A stretch of DNA of 63,683 nucleotides, filler included, from Basidiobolus ranarum (Eukaryota): the NCBI GenBank assembly GCA_040143965.1. It is 16 parts of 16 records of this genome, joined end to end, with 100 filler letters (N's around TTAATTAATTAA, not from the genome) between each part and the next. Parts side by side here need not be neighbours in the genome. Positions count along the whole stretch, not along the records: positions 12,003 to 15,898 come from JASJQH010002228.1; positions 15,999 to 19,890 come from JASJQH010002229.1; positions 19,991 to 23,881 come from JASJQH010002230.1; positions 23,982 to 27,869 come from JASJQH010002231.1; 12 more parts are not named here. One strand, 5' to 3'. Below are positions 12,841 through 26,800 of this stretch, in pieces (the stretch's first letter is position 1; each line of letters opens with the position of its first letter). Below the pieces are notes generated by a model. It saw nothing but the letters and a program-made list of their open reading frames with translations, was not told the DNA's origin and did not search any database. The translations under genes and the position numbers were made by a program.

Positions 12841-13905
12841 GTTATTATGCTACATTAGTTGCATATGGCTTCTTTATGATTTGATAATTAACTCCCCCAA
12901 ATTCTCAGTTAGTGCAAAAAAATAGGCATAGCAAGCGTACAATGGTCCTTGTTAGTCAAACCAACCATTAATGCGCACTCTGACAATGTTTGCATTGATT
13001 AATGCCCTTAAATGGCGGACGAGACCAGTGGTGAATTTGCAAAGCTTAAGATTTATGCGACGCTATCCAATTTTAATGTGTCGAGCTAACTGCAGTCTAT
13101 CATGAACAGACATTTCTTTTAATTATACGTGACGAACACTGGGCATAACTCTCCTTCATTCCATGACTTTGATGGTTTGGGACAAGAGACTGCCGCCGAT
13201 TGCCACGACGTTTATAATACCAACAAGCTCACATTTAACAGCCTTGAGGAAGCGGGTCCTGTGAATAGACTTAGGAACTCTGAGGTGTTTGTCCTGGAGC
13301 TTTCGTTGGTTCGTTATCAGCATTACTGAGCACATTGCTGAGATGATTTCAGAAGCTTGAATTGAAAAAGGCAATTTCAAAGCACCTTTGAAGAAGCTCA
13401 GAAAGACAGTTTGAAGCAGACTAAATGAGTTGCAGACTAAATTAGTTGACACTCTAAATGGACTTCGAGTTAAAGCAAAATAGATATCCAATTTTCCGGT
13501 ATTTGAGATTTTACCGTAAATATGATCGAAGTTGTTTGATTGATAATCAGCCATTCTTTCTCTAAGTGCTAAACTCGTTATATTCTGATAAACCAAGTCT
13601 ATCTAGTTCCAGCATTGTTTGATTCTAACTCTATCAGGAAATTACACAAATCCTCGTTGAGGAATTTTGATCTTTCTCAAGAACACATTGCGAATCATAT
13701 GCGGTGTCAGTGTTTCATTTTTTGGATTCTAAATTGGAAATAATGAACACCAATATTGTAGGCGTTATAGATATGGATGCAATAGGGTGTCATTGAAACC
13801 ATCTTATTGTTATTCCATTTCTATTAAGCACATTTCACATCCACCACCGCTGTTGATTGGTTAGGATGGTTAGATATGTCAGCCACCAACTGAACACCGG
13901 GTATT

Positions 13906-13977
13906 CTATTACCTGGATTGCTTGGAATGCTTTCACCTGGATTGCTTGGAATGCTATTACCTGAATTGATTGGAATG
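13906..13977. repeat. 24-bp tandem repeat x3 (encodes SIPSNPG-like units on the minus strand)
   Basis: CTATTACCTGGATTGCTTGGAATG and two variants. Confidence 0.8.
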
Positions 13978-14668
13978 ATCTCCATTTCGGTATGTATGTG
14001 TTCACGCAGGGTAGTCACAGCACTATACCCAATTTAGGCAACGTTTATGGAGAAGAGTACGAACGAATGTTCCGCATCCAAAAAGGTCCAAGTTGCTGTA
14101 CACCACTGTTGCTCCAGGTTATGACACATAGTTGCCTAGAAAAGAGTACGGCTATGAGGAAACTAAAGTGCTACTTGCTGAGAGGTCGGGAGATGATTCT
14201 CTCCAGCAGTACACACTCAGAATTACCTGCCATTGTCAACAACGACAGCGCAGGTCAAGAGTATCTAGGCACTAACGTCAAGTGAAACATATCCTGCTAA
14301 TGGAGAATTGGTTAGTAATATCCATAAACATGGTATTGCGGGGAAAACACTAGTTTCGGAGTAAATCAATACTTTCTTTTGTTTATCTTGCATTGGGAAC
14401 GCTGACCCAGACTCTGAGATAAGATTTTTTGGGTCTAAAGCTTCCAATCTCATCAAATGAAATTTCTGGCCGTGATTTAGAAATTCTTCAGATCTAGACG
14501 GCCAATAACATCCAATGGTCCCAGAGTTGTGTGTCGAATTGGGTGATATCTGTGAGCAAAAGTGTTTTTTGGCCTCTGATTGTGATGGCGATCGAGAATC
14601 CTCTGACCTTTCGATACTTGGGAGGCTTATTGCCAGTAAAGCCATAATTTGGTACCAAGCACTATTCT

Positions 14669-14676
14669 TATATAAA
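14669..14676 (+). promoter_or_regulatory. Candidate TATA box of the sugar transporter
   Basis: TATATAAA about 55 nt upstream of ATG 14729. Confidence 0.4.
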
Positions 14677-14728
14677 GAGAATGAGGACACTAGAGTTAAG
14701 CAATAAGTTTTCAAGCTTAATATCAATC

Positions 14729-15898
14729 ATGGGTGTATTAGTATATGTCGCATCTGCTGCTGCCGCCATCGGTGGTTTCCTCTTTGGTTATGACACCGGT
14801 GTAATCAGTGGTGTGTTGGTCATGGACCGCTTCAAGGACCGCTTCGGTTACGCCGACAAACCCGCCTTGGAAGGGTTCATCACCAGTAGTCTTACACTGG
14901 GGTGTCTCATCGGTTCTCTTTCTGCCTCATACATGGCTGATCGCTTTGGCCGTAAGTTCAGTATCATGATGGCTGGCTTCTGTTTCACCGTGGGTGCTGC
15001 CTTGCAGTGCTCTTCCATCGAAATTGCTCAACTTCTTATTGGTCGTATTGTCGCTGGGCTGGCAGTTGGTGTGCTCTCAATGGTGGTTCCTTTGTATCAG
15101 TCCGAGATCGCACCCAAGGAAATTCGTGGTACCCTCGTGTCGATGCAACAGCTTGCCATCACTATTGGTATCTTAGTTGCCTTCCTTATCAATATGGGTA
15201 CTGACAAGATCGATAGCGATGCCAGTTGGAGAATCCCACTTGGGGTTCAAGGCATCCCAGCCCTCATCCTTTCCCTTCTCATGTTCTTATTACCTAAATC
15301 CCCACGTTGGCTCATGTCCCAAGGTCACTCGGAACAGGCATTGGAAGTGCTACAAAAGTTCTCCAAGAATCCGGATGCAGAGTTGGAGGATATTAGTCAG
15401 ACAATTCGCATGGAAAAGGAAATGGCTACTCCTTCTTGGGCTGAACTTTTCCAATCGGGTCTTCGTCGTCGTGTATTCATCGGAATAGCTATCCAAGTGT
15501 TCCAACAACTCACCGGTATCAACGCTATCATGTACTATGCTCCAACCATCTTCAAGTCAGCCGGATACCATGGTAAAAGCGCTCAGCTTACCGCCACTGC
15601 TATCAATGGAGCTGTAAACGTTGGTATGACCATTCCTGCCGTGCTCTATGTGGATCGTATTGGCCGTCGCCCTCTGCTTATGATTGGTGCCGCATGTATG
15701 GCCACCACAATGATCATTCTGGGTGTCTTGATTGCCGTCTTCTCTCCCCACCACTTTTCAGACTTGGCCGCCGGCAAGGCAAGTATTGCTATGATCTATC
15801 TGTTCGTGGCTGCCTTTGCCTTCACCTGGGGACCCATTGGCTGGATCTATCCATCTGAGATCTATCCTAACCGTGTGCGTGCCAAGTGCATGAGTGTT
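14729..15898 (+). CDS. MFS sugar porter (hexose/H+ symporter family), intronless in the visible part, 3'-truncated
   Basis: GGFLFGYDTGVISG, DRFGRK, PLYQSEIAPKEIRG, PKSPRWL, QQLTGINAIMYY, DRIGRRP and WGPIGWIYPSEIYP motifs. Confidence 0.95.
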
Positions 15899-16379
15899 NN
15901 NNNNNNNNNNNNNNNNNNNNNNNNNNNNNNNNNNNNNNNNNNTTAATTAATTAANNNNNNNNNNNNNNNNNNNNNNNNNNNNNNNNNNNNNNNNNNNNGA
16001 ATCAGGAAGAATCTGTTTTGACATGATATGTAACTACCATATGTATCTATGATGTTTGACTTTATTGGTTTCAATCTGAATTAGGGATCTTTTTATATTA
16101 TTGGTTAAAATGTCAAAGTTAATTTCCTATAGTGTGATCAAGATATAGCATTGTAGCAGGAAAGTATAGAGGAAAATCATTTTGTGGGCCTCAATCAAAG
16201 TTAGGCAAAGCAGTCAAAATCTGGATTAATTCTCGATACATTCATACTCAAAGATATCCATTGAGAGCTCTAGACTTAAGACACTATGAATAAAGCTTTC
16301 GTCATCTTTTGAATGTAAAGTAATGTCTAAAAGTACTCTTTTTTAATATACCACATAAGTAAAATAAACTGTTTGCAAA

Positions 16380-17490
16380 ATGGTAAATAACATCATGCTG
16401 GATAGTGCCCAATCATGCCAATTTGTGCTGGCACACTTTTTAGCTGGCCAGATCTGGCTCAATAAAATGGAACAAGTCTATTCAAGCAATGACATATCTA
16501 CTTGTGGCAGGACATTTGTTGACTGCAAGTTGTGGATATTTTGGCCGAACTCTTCATGGAATTTTACCAAAATCCAAGAGTTTATTCTCAATATGAGTGG
16601 TGACCAGAGTCAGCTATTTGGCAAGTGTCAGTGCTATTCAAAATTTCAGATGTTTAGCAATTTTTCCATCATTAGTTTGCTGGTAAAGCATATTCATGTT
16701 GTTGAGTTATGGGTTTTCACATTGTTTGAGCACAATAATTGCAATAAAAAACTCAATCCATAGACAAAGAGTGTGTACCTTACTCATTTGGACCAATTTG
16801 TTTGTGTGACAGTCAGACAGCATTTTTAGTTATGCTGCAAGACTTAATTCTTGGTGAGATGTATCCAAATACAAAGTATAATTGTTTTAGCCATGGGGTA
16901 TGTCATTGAAGCAATGAAATACCTACTTGTGGCCACAAATTTGTTGACTCAAGTTGATGTTATTCTGGCTGAATTCTTGATGAAAATTTGCCAAAATCCA
17001 TGTGCTCATTCTTATTGACCATGGTAACTAGAGTCCGCAATTTGCCAAGTTTTAGTGCTATTCTAAATTTCAAATCTTCAACAATTTTTGCATCATGGGT
17101 TTGCTGGTAAAGCATGTTAATACTGTTGAGTTATGTCCAATCAGTCAAGTATGTGCACATGTAGAGACTAAACACAACAAGATTCCTGTATTCTTAGATT
17201 GTCATTATAGCTTGAATCCCAAGCCCAAGATATCTAAACAAAGACATGCATATTTATTTAAATTCCTATAGCAGTAAGCACAGTAACTTGCCACTTAAAA
17301 ATTGCAGAAATCAAACAACCCATGCCAAATAGGAGGATCAATATTTCTCCATGCCCAATACTGTCACAATACCATTAGAAAGCTATGGTCACACTAACAA
17401 GCTATCTGGCAGAATGCAAGCCACCAACATTGTGACAGTCCTCTGACAGTTTTGCACTTCAGAAGGGTGAATCCAAACTGGATAAATTGA
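16380..17490 (+). mobile_element. Degenerate CACTA/CMC-like element internal region (internally duplicated segment)
   Basis: Homologous to 42400-43290, which directly follows the Tnp2-like transposase, and to 57485-58390. The segment ~16480-16710 is repeated at ~16910-17130. Confidence 0.6.
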
Positions 17491-19542
17491 TTTTATTTTT
17501 GTAAAGAAAGTGATTGGAAATGTTTATTCATACCATGAGTCTGAAATAGATAGTAGTATTACCTTTTAGAGCTACTTTATGGTACATTGAAACAATGTTG
17601 CAAAAAAAATACCACTATTTTCTGTGTTTACATGAAAACTGACTCTTCCACAACAACAAAACCAATGCGAGCTTGCCATAAGGCTAATGGCAAGGAAGCA
17701 AGGTGCTTTTTACTGATGCTGGATGACTATTTTTACATCAACAGAGAGCACTGTATTTGAAGAATTCACTCATATACATAAGATAAGCAAAGAGGTATTG
17801 GCAACTCTGATGCTGCCACAAGTTGAAACACTTGAAACAAGCTTGATGGAGTAAATAGAAGATTAAGACAAATGCCTAATGATATGCAAATGAATTGTGA
17901 AAGTATTACATGATAACAACAGAACATCAGAGGACAGTGAAGATATTCTACATAGTGGACTATACATATGACTGTCAGATTAGCAGTAAATGAAAGTCAG
18001 ATGGCCTCATAGGTGCACCTCTTGACTGGCTCTCAGCCATTTCCATTCTCATTACTTCAGGTACATCAGGAGCATTAGTTTTCTGGGATAATGGCTGCAG
18101 GATAACTATTGGTCATTTTATGAGCTAAATGAAGAATGTGCCAGAGTATAGGCAAACCAAAGTAATGACTCTGTCTGTGGTGAGAGCCCCTTCCTGAAAC
18201 AAGCCATTGTATTATAGTGCTCTTGAGCTTATCAACTTAGAAAGCCACTCGAGCACAGCAAGGAGGTGTGTGCTTCAAACAAACCCACATACTTCAACTA
18301 CACCGTAACAGAAAACATACCCAACCCATTAATCCAAAAAGAGTACTCAACCTTGCCAGGCAGCCAAAGAAAAGACAAAAGTGAAGTCACAATTCCCAGA
18401 TAGTAGCTCTTACTCTCAGTTCTGGGAAATTAGAGTTATTATCACTTCTATCTATATATTTGGAGTAAGAACCAAAAATGGCAACTGCTCCAAAAACTGC
18501 AATAATATATTCCAAAGCTGGCATGATTTGCACCTAGTAGAGCCAACAAAAAGTACTTTGCAGAAGAAACAAAATCAGGAAAGGCATATCAAGACAATAG
18601 TCACTTGGCTTTAAAAAGAAAATCTCTCTCTCTCAATGAAGATGACTTAATCATAACACTGCTAGGAGCTGGCTGGATAAGCTGAGTAACCTCCTTATTA
18701 CCCTGGCTGCAAGTTCAAAAATTACAAAATAACTGGCTGTGCTGGTGCCAGACTGTTATAGGAGATTAAATTCTATTCAAATTCAGGGCAAGCTTTGTTT
18801 AAGTTGCAAATATTTCATTGGCTAAAGTAGTGCAGCTCCAGATAGAAAACTAAGTATTTGAATGCATTTTGCTAGATGAGCCAATTTGAAGAAACAGAGC
18901 TTGAAAAAGGTTTTGCCAAAAAGCTAAAATCAAGGCAAGCTGTTCAAGTAAGCATGTAATAATTAGGTATATAGCAACTCATTATTTGGTAGTTAGCTCA
19001 CTCATGTTCTGATTATTTGGCCCTCAATTTTTGTCACTTGAAGAAGTGTATCTATAGCTCTAATTGATGGAAATATCAATCAGTTCACTTTTACAATAAT
19101 CACTGTTTTTTCAAAACTTCTCCAAATCCCCTCAAATTTTTACCCTTGCCCAAGAGTCATGTTTATAATGTTCTAAGCATGTCCTATACATCCTTTTTAA
19201 AATTCCCAGCCAAAACCCCATTCTCATCCCATATCTATCCCACAATCTACAGATACCATACAATCAGCATAATCCCCATCTCATATATTAACATCTCATT
19301 TGCCCTTATGAATAAATTAATCCCCTTCAACCCATTCCACAATACACTCTTCCCTGTCACATCAAATACTTATATTAAATGTCTTGACTATACACAATCC
19401 AACAGATTTATTGCATCTTTCTCTGTTAATATCTTTACCATCTTCCAACCCCTGCACAAATATATATACATCCAAAAAAATTCCATGTAAACTCTTCCCA
19501 TGATATCAAATGATTAGCCAAAAACTTATCACAGCTCACCCC

Positions 19543-19890
19543 TGATCAAAGTGTTTAGGGGATTTGGAAGTGTTTTGGACAAGATTTGGATTTGTGAATT
19601 AGACATTAAGTTTTATTAAATTGAATATGTCCTATTTATAGTTTACTATGAAATAGGACTATTGGATGTGCTTAGATCATAACAAACATGCCTGTTAAGC
19701 ATGGGTGAAAATTTGAGATGATTTGGAGAAGTTTTGAGAAAATAGTGAAAATTGGTAAAAGTGATCTAATTGATAGAAATATCAATTAGAGCAATAAACA
19801 CACATTTTTGAATAACAGAATTGAGTGCTAAATAATCAGAATATGAATAAACTAACTACTAAATAATGAGTTGCTATTTACCTAATTTCA
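19543..19890 (-). repeat. LTR family C (nearly complete, cut by gap); another partial inverted copy at ~18956-19150
   Basis: High identity to 6293-6644 and 23515-23863. Confidence 0.85.
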
Positions 19891-19990
19891 NNNNNNNNNN
19901 NNNNNNNNNNNNNNNNNNNNNNNNNNNNNNNNNNTTAATTAATTAANNNNNNNNNNNNNNNNNNNNNNNNNNNNNNNNNNNNNNNNNNNN

Positions 19991-22900
19991 AGATTAATTA
20001 TCCAACACCTTCCCTTAATTCTTATTCAGCATTGTGCTTATATTCACTAATACCTATTCCTGCTCTTAACTTCTCAAAGCTTGAAGTTTTGAGTGGTTTT
20101 GTTGTATAACTGCAAGCATGTTTTAAGTATTACAATAAATTAAATTCACTTCTTTGTCTTGAACTTTCTCTTATAAAAAATGATGTCATATGTCAATATG
20201 TTTCATGCATGAGTGATGCCCAAGCTTTTTGGTTATCTGAATACTACTAATACTATCTTGCTATATTGGGGTAGGATTAACTTGATCATATCCTTGTTCC
20301 TTGAGAAAACTCCATAGTTGTATAGCTTCTTGAACAGACATAGAGCTTGCATATATTCTGCTTTTGTAATTGATAATGCAACAGGTTGTTGTTTCTTGAT
20401 AATCCAGCTTATTGGCCCACCTGCCAGCTTAAACACATATCCAGTTCTGGACTTATGGTATTCCATATTGTTAGCCCTGTCTGCATCAGCATATCCTTCC
20501 ACAGTAAGTGCCATGTTGTGCTGCTTACTAAATTGAATTCCATGATGTATTGTTCCTTTCAGACAGCATATTTTCTGTTTCACAGCTATCCAATGTGCCA
20601 TTGCAGGATTCTCCATATACTTGCTTACTATACTTACTGCCGCAGCAATATCAGCCCTAGTAACTGTTTTGCATATATGACTTGTAACTGCACTATGGTA
20701 AGGAATATGTTTCATGATTTCAATGTCTTCAGGGGTCTTTGGTTCCATATCCTAAGTGAGTTTCAGCATATGTAGTTGACTTGAAGCTGTTTTACATTCT
20801 GATATATCAAATCAGTATAAAACATCTTCAATATATTTTTATGTGAAATTCAGAGTGTTCAAATAGTGGAATTTTGATGTATCTGCATTCCAAGACAACA
20901 TGCTAGTGATCAAGGATCTTGCATTCCAGACTCAATAGATAGCCTGGAGTCTGGGAATAACCTTTCACAACTAATCTTGTTTGTACCTTTTTATAATTCC
21001 ATCAGCTTGATTTTTGACAATTTAGATGCATTTGTAACTTATTGGCTTTCTTCCTGCTGGCACAGGACTCAAAACCCACATTTTATTGTCCTGAAGTGGA
21101 GAAAACTCATTAGACATTGCATTTTTCCATATTTTTGATTCTGTAAAATGCAGAGATTAATCTAGAGTCTGTGGCTCATCACAGAATGCTGCATAAGCAT
21201 ATACATCATTGTTGGTAGTGTTCAACCAGTTTTCTAGCTTATTCCTTGTTCTAGATGACCTTTGGGGTCTTGAATCAACCTTTGATACAATATGGATGGA
21301 AATCTTGGTTGAATTGGGCTCTGATAAAGCTGGATTTTGTCAGACACTTCCTGAATAGGACTGACTGTGTTTACTGGATCAAGAACTTTGATTTGAGATG
21401 AAAATTTTGCTTTTTCATCAGAAATTACATCTCTGCAATTAATTGACTTCTGATTTTTGGTATTGAACAGTCTGTAGGCCTCAGATCCATCACAGTAACA
21501 AAAAAATATGCATTTTCTCCTTTTGTGTTCTAATTAAAGGCATATTTGAGCTGGAATTAGGCAAAATGCTGTGCACCAAAGATCTTGAGATGATACACAT
21601 TTCATTTTGATCCATATAGAGCTTCAAATGGTGTAGAATTCTGTAGCAATCTTGTTGGGCATCTGTTTCTGATATAGACAGCAGTGGAGACAGAGTCAGC
21701 CCAACAGTGGTAATCTAAGTTTTGACATGTCACATTGATCCTGCCTTCTCCACTATAGTCCTATCAGCACACACTGCAACTCCATTTTGCTTTGGAATAG
21801 ATGGTACAGTAGTTTGTAGCTTAATTACAGGTTTTGAACAAAAAATAGCAAAGTCTTCAAAGCAGTATTTTCCTCCATTCTCACTCCTTAGTGTACTTAT
21901 TATTTATGCTGATTCTTTCTCAACCATTGCTTTGTGGTGCTTGAATGTAGCAAAGGCTTCAGATCTGGAATTGAGAAAGAATACCCCAGTATATCTTGTT
22001 TTGTCAACAATAAAGGTCATCAAGTACCTTTTCCATCTAAGGAGATGTTTTTCATAGTCCCACATGGGTCAGTTCGAATCACAACAAGATCCTGAGAGGA
22101 TATGATCTCTCCAGAGCTTGAAACCAACACTCTGTGATGTATTCCTTATATGAAACCTTGACACAGATCCAATTTAACAATTTTTCCATATCTGAGCCTG
22201 AAACAAGCTGATTTTGGAACATCTGGGTCAGTTTTTGTTTCCTACTGTGGCATAATCTTCTATGCCACATTTGACAGCTTAATACACCTGTTTTGGCCAA
22301 GTTTGCATGCTCAGAGTGCAATTTGTTGATATCCAGCTTAAATAAGTTTTCAGTTTTTGTCCCAGTAGCTAATTTGGTACTATACTGATCTGTGTTAGTG
22401 CATCCAGCCTTGATGCACATGAAATTGAGTTCTTTAGTTGTTGCTTGGCTTAGTGAGAGTAGATTCTTGATAATACTTGGTATATAGAGTACATCAACTA
22501 AGTCTGCAGAAGGTGTAGTTGAATTTCGGTCAAAATGAGCATAACTGTGCCCTGACCAACTGCATCTAGTGTGTAGTCATCACCAGGTAGACTTTCCTTG
22601 TTTAGATTGGTTTTATGCCACAAAACCAGTCTGTATTGTTGACATATGTTGGGAAGCTCCTGAATCAACATACTACATGTCTGAATCTTGCTTAGTGGTC
22701 ACTGATAGGGCAAACAAAATAAAATAATCTGTATCAGTGCATACTTGATTTGCTTCTTTGTATTTTAGCTTTTGGGAAAAATCCTTTTAACAATCTTTGA
22801 TTAAATGACCTGCTTGATTTTCTATTAGGGGCACCATTATAGAAGCCTGTTCGATAGTTTACAGCTCCAAAAATTACTTGATCTGCATTATTTTGCCCAG

Positions 22901-23863
22901 AATTGATTCTCCTCAATTCCTAATTGAAAAGCCTTGCACAAACATACACCATTGTCAATGGCTCAGATGCTGATTCTAGGGCACTTATCAGGTTCCCAAA
23001 CTTGTCTGGCAGGCTCCCAAATAGTGGATATGACTTACCTATCTCCATTTAGAGGTTCTACAATGGATGAGAGCTGATCTGCCAGAGTTTCTATCTAATT
23101 TATCTGATTCAGCATAGAATCATCAGAACTCATCTGAATAGAGAATAATGTTACACTTAAGCTATAGCATATTAGCCAGACCTTTAGTCTCATATATTCC
23201 CTCATGTGTTTCCTATGCATTTTGTATGTTTTTGGCTGATTGTATGTGCCTCAATTGACTCTCTCTGAGATATAGACAAAGTGTAGAGAGTGCTTTCCTC
23301 TGCTTCTTGTGATCAGCAAGGATAGCTTCCAGTGGGCCCTTTAATTCTATTTCTTCTCCAGTAACAAATCCTCAAAGGTCCTTGTTTTGTAGGACCTTTT
23401 GCATCTTAACCTTCCAAAGATGTAAGTCTTCACCATTCCACTTCTCGGTGTATTCAAATATGTTGATAATGGTACTGTAGACACTCCTTTAACAGTTAGC
23501 TTGGGGCTCAAAACTGGATAGAAGTGGTTAGGGCATTTAGAAGTGTTATGGCCATGATTTGGATTTGTGAATTAGATGCTTAAATTTATTGAATTGAATA
23601 TGTCCTATTGATAGCTTACTATGACTAAAACTATTGGATGTACTTAGATCATGGCAAACATGCCTGGTAAACTTGGGTAAAAATATAAGGTGATTTGGCA
23701 AAATTCTCAGAAAATAGTGAAAATGGGTAAAAGTTATCTAATTGATATTTCAATCAATAAGGGCTATAAATACATAGTTTTGAATGGCAGAATTGAGTGC
23801 TAAATATTCAGAATATGAATAAACTAACTACTAAATAAGGCTTCTCTTTACCTAATTTCAACA
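19991..23863 (-). mobile_element. Near full-length degenerate Ty1/copia: LTR C (23515-23863), PBS, gag, protease, integrase, partial RT, RNase H, PPT, LTR B end
   Basis: Minus-strand gag KWNGEDLHLWKVKMQ, protease .YVDSGASQH, GAG-pre-integrase WHRRLCH, integrase, GYADAD..N, PPT AAGGGAAGG before TGTTGGATAATT. Many stops and frameshifts. Confidence 0.88.
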
Positions 23864-26800
23864 TCCTCTAGTATGCTTGTTNNNNNNNNNNNNNNNNNNN
23901 NNNNNNNNNNNNNNNNNNNNNNNNNTTAATTAATTAANNNNNNNNNNNNNNNNNNNNNNNNNNNNNNNNNNNNNNNNNNNNATCATCATATTGAATCCTA
24001 AAGGTACCTCCATAATGGAGAAAGTATAGACGAATCCCGATCTAGTTACACTGACCAAGAGCCGCTTAGTCCACACCAGGGTGTCGTGTGTGTTGCGTCC
24101 TTTTGAAGTGTATTGCTTTTATGTGAATGCAATTTGTGAGATGTATGCTTCCAAATGCCACCGAAATCAGTCTGATGATGTCGACAAATAAACTCCGAAG
24201 TCGATAATTTAATTGAGAAATTGGTTTACGGCATCATAAAGGCATGGCAAAAGCAAGAAATCGTCCGCACTTCCCACAAGTATGCATTTCCCTTGAAAAG
24301 TAGATAATTTAAGGCTTTTGGTTATTTTCCGTCTAGGTGCAGCTTCCTTGATCATGGTCTTTACATGCCATCCACCCAGAAGCTTAAAACTTGCGCACTC
24401 CCCACATATGGAAATCCTTTTGTTACAGCTCGGATATTAAAAAGAAATTCACATTCATAAGTGATGAACATAGGCTTCGAATATACGTTAGATTCATTGC
24501 TTGAATGGAAGTTCGTGTTCAGTCTAACGATCAACTCAACTCGCTTGTTTCCTGGTTCCAGTCATGGGGTTTCTGGGGATTTTGGAATGGATCCACTTTG
24601 TTTGTCAACTGGGTTATTTGAGAATGCAAGTTTTACTTTTGCATCAATTTTTGCAATCTTGTTGAGGCTGAGTAGATGCTAACTTACAGGAACTGATGAG
24701 AAACAACAAGACGGATTACCATACACTGCCAAGGCAGGAGGGGGCCGTGTTTCTTCAGTGTCTCGAACACACACAATTCTGACTTACACTGTCATCTAAG
24801 AGATTCGTCTCACTCAAGCAGCACTACTCTCCCATTTTGGCCAGGTTCTAAACGAACAAGTTCAAAAGAAGTGCCTTGGTCTAGGAATACGCCACACACA
24901 TAACATAAAGAAACTAATTGTTATCCGGAGCAAATCACATCATCCAAATATCATCTTGGTTATTTTACATATGAAGAAAAACTGGAATCAACCAGACAAA
25001 GATAAGCCCATCTCCATTGAATCAACAGCCGGAATGACCCAAGGGACTTGAAATCAGGATCATTTGATTGCCATTTGGGCCGTGAAACCGACTTTTCGAA
25101 TATTTCTTAATTAGGCGAGTGGCTACAAGGGCTTTAAACAAAGTTTAACTCCCTAAAATCAACAATTTGGTCATATTAATGTTTTGTGCAGTATCCGAAT
25201 GTTGTAAAACAAGGTCACATATATGCCAAGAGCGTGAGACAAGTACAGCTAAGGTTATCCATAATTCACATTAGTATTACCTCGATGTGCCCTCTAGGAT
25301 AGGTGGCACCGGTTGAGCCGGTAAGGTAGCCATCATAATACCGGATACTGCTAATAATACCTTGACTACCCAGGGATTATTGGTACTACTTGAACATTGA
25401 TCTGGATGGCTTTTATTGATTCGGAGATAAAGTGTCAGGCGGTCCAACAGAGCTACCATTGGTTTTATAATCCACCAACACTTCTGGACCATAACGAGCG
25501 GTCTATACCAAATTGTTCACTTTGCGCTGCCCGAAGTACAGGCTTTTACTAATCCGTAACCTACAGCATTATTCAATCAACCCACCCAGAATAACTCCAA
25601 TAGTAATCCAATCGTGTATGGTTATGGAAATATTTCCAGTGCAACGTAACAATTTATAATGGAGTTTTTTACGTTTTCTTCCTTCCTAAACACGCTATTG
25701 AGAAGAAATCCTTCCGCTAGACTGAGAGTTCAAAGGCCTCTAGTATTTAGTGGCCTGTGGGTAGCGTAATAATAATGCTTAAGAATTCATCACCACTCAA
25801 CCCCAACTGTTTACAACGAAGCTACTACACTCCAAATAGGATTATCAAGGTTTCCCTTTGTTGGTAAGTTGGATTTCAGTCAAGTGGTATCTTGCTGCAC
25901 ATAAGCTTGTAATGCTAAGCGTAAGTTTCATTGATAGTAATCCATATAGCCACTGATAAGACCATCGTCCAATTTGTGCATCAATTCTATGAACTCAATT
26001 ACAGACCAAACTTGAATTGCACCTCCTAGTCAGAAATCGCTCAAATCGGCGCGGTCAGTGTATATAACAAAGGATACCTTCTTTATTTGAACTAGGAATT
26101 CTCACTATAGTCACAGGTCCAGTGCAGCGTTCTCCAGGTTAGGAAACATGTCTTTCGGTCAGGTTTCCTGTAGATATCAATATGCAAACAGAGTCTATCC
26201 AATATTTATAGTATCCTCATGCTATTTTGACTGGAATTTCCTACTTCATACTTGACGCTGCCAATGACTCACCTGGAATCAAGAGAGGTTTCAAGCCGAT
26301 TCGCAAGTGTATAAGTATGATAACCAAGAGCTTGACTTGCAGTTCGGAATTCGTGGCCATAATTCTCTCTGTGTTACTTCCCTTGACTCATTCTTACCAC
26401 CAACGGTTTGTTGATTTGCTTTCCGTATAAAACCAATATGTCACGCAGTTACACCAATATTATTGGAACAGAATGTGCCCTATTGTGCAGATCGAGTGTG
26501 ATATGATACTGCTTTACTTGTTTTGTTGACTGATACATTAATATTGGTTGTGAGACAATTTTCACTCAATTGTTGCTATCTGCTACGTTGCTGGTTATGA
26601 ACGATCCAAATGGATGTTGGGTTGGGTTTTAGCTTACTGCTTCATAGCCTATGAATCCTCTAAACGGGGATAAAGGTTTATCAATGTTTTCTCATTCCGA
26701 TGTGTCCACCCGAAGTACAGAGTGCAAGTCCTATGTTCACACGTTACAGGAATGTCCGGCAAGCCAATATTGCCATCACAATGGCATCTTGTTAACAGAT

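Noticed and set aside
14729-15898. Intronless sugar porter with a very short N-terminus as a bacterial HGT
   Set aside because: Motifs such as WRIPLGVQ and PLYQSEIAP fit fungal sugar porters; nothing visible supports foreign origin without a phylogeny.
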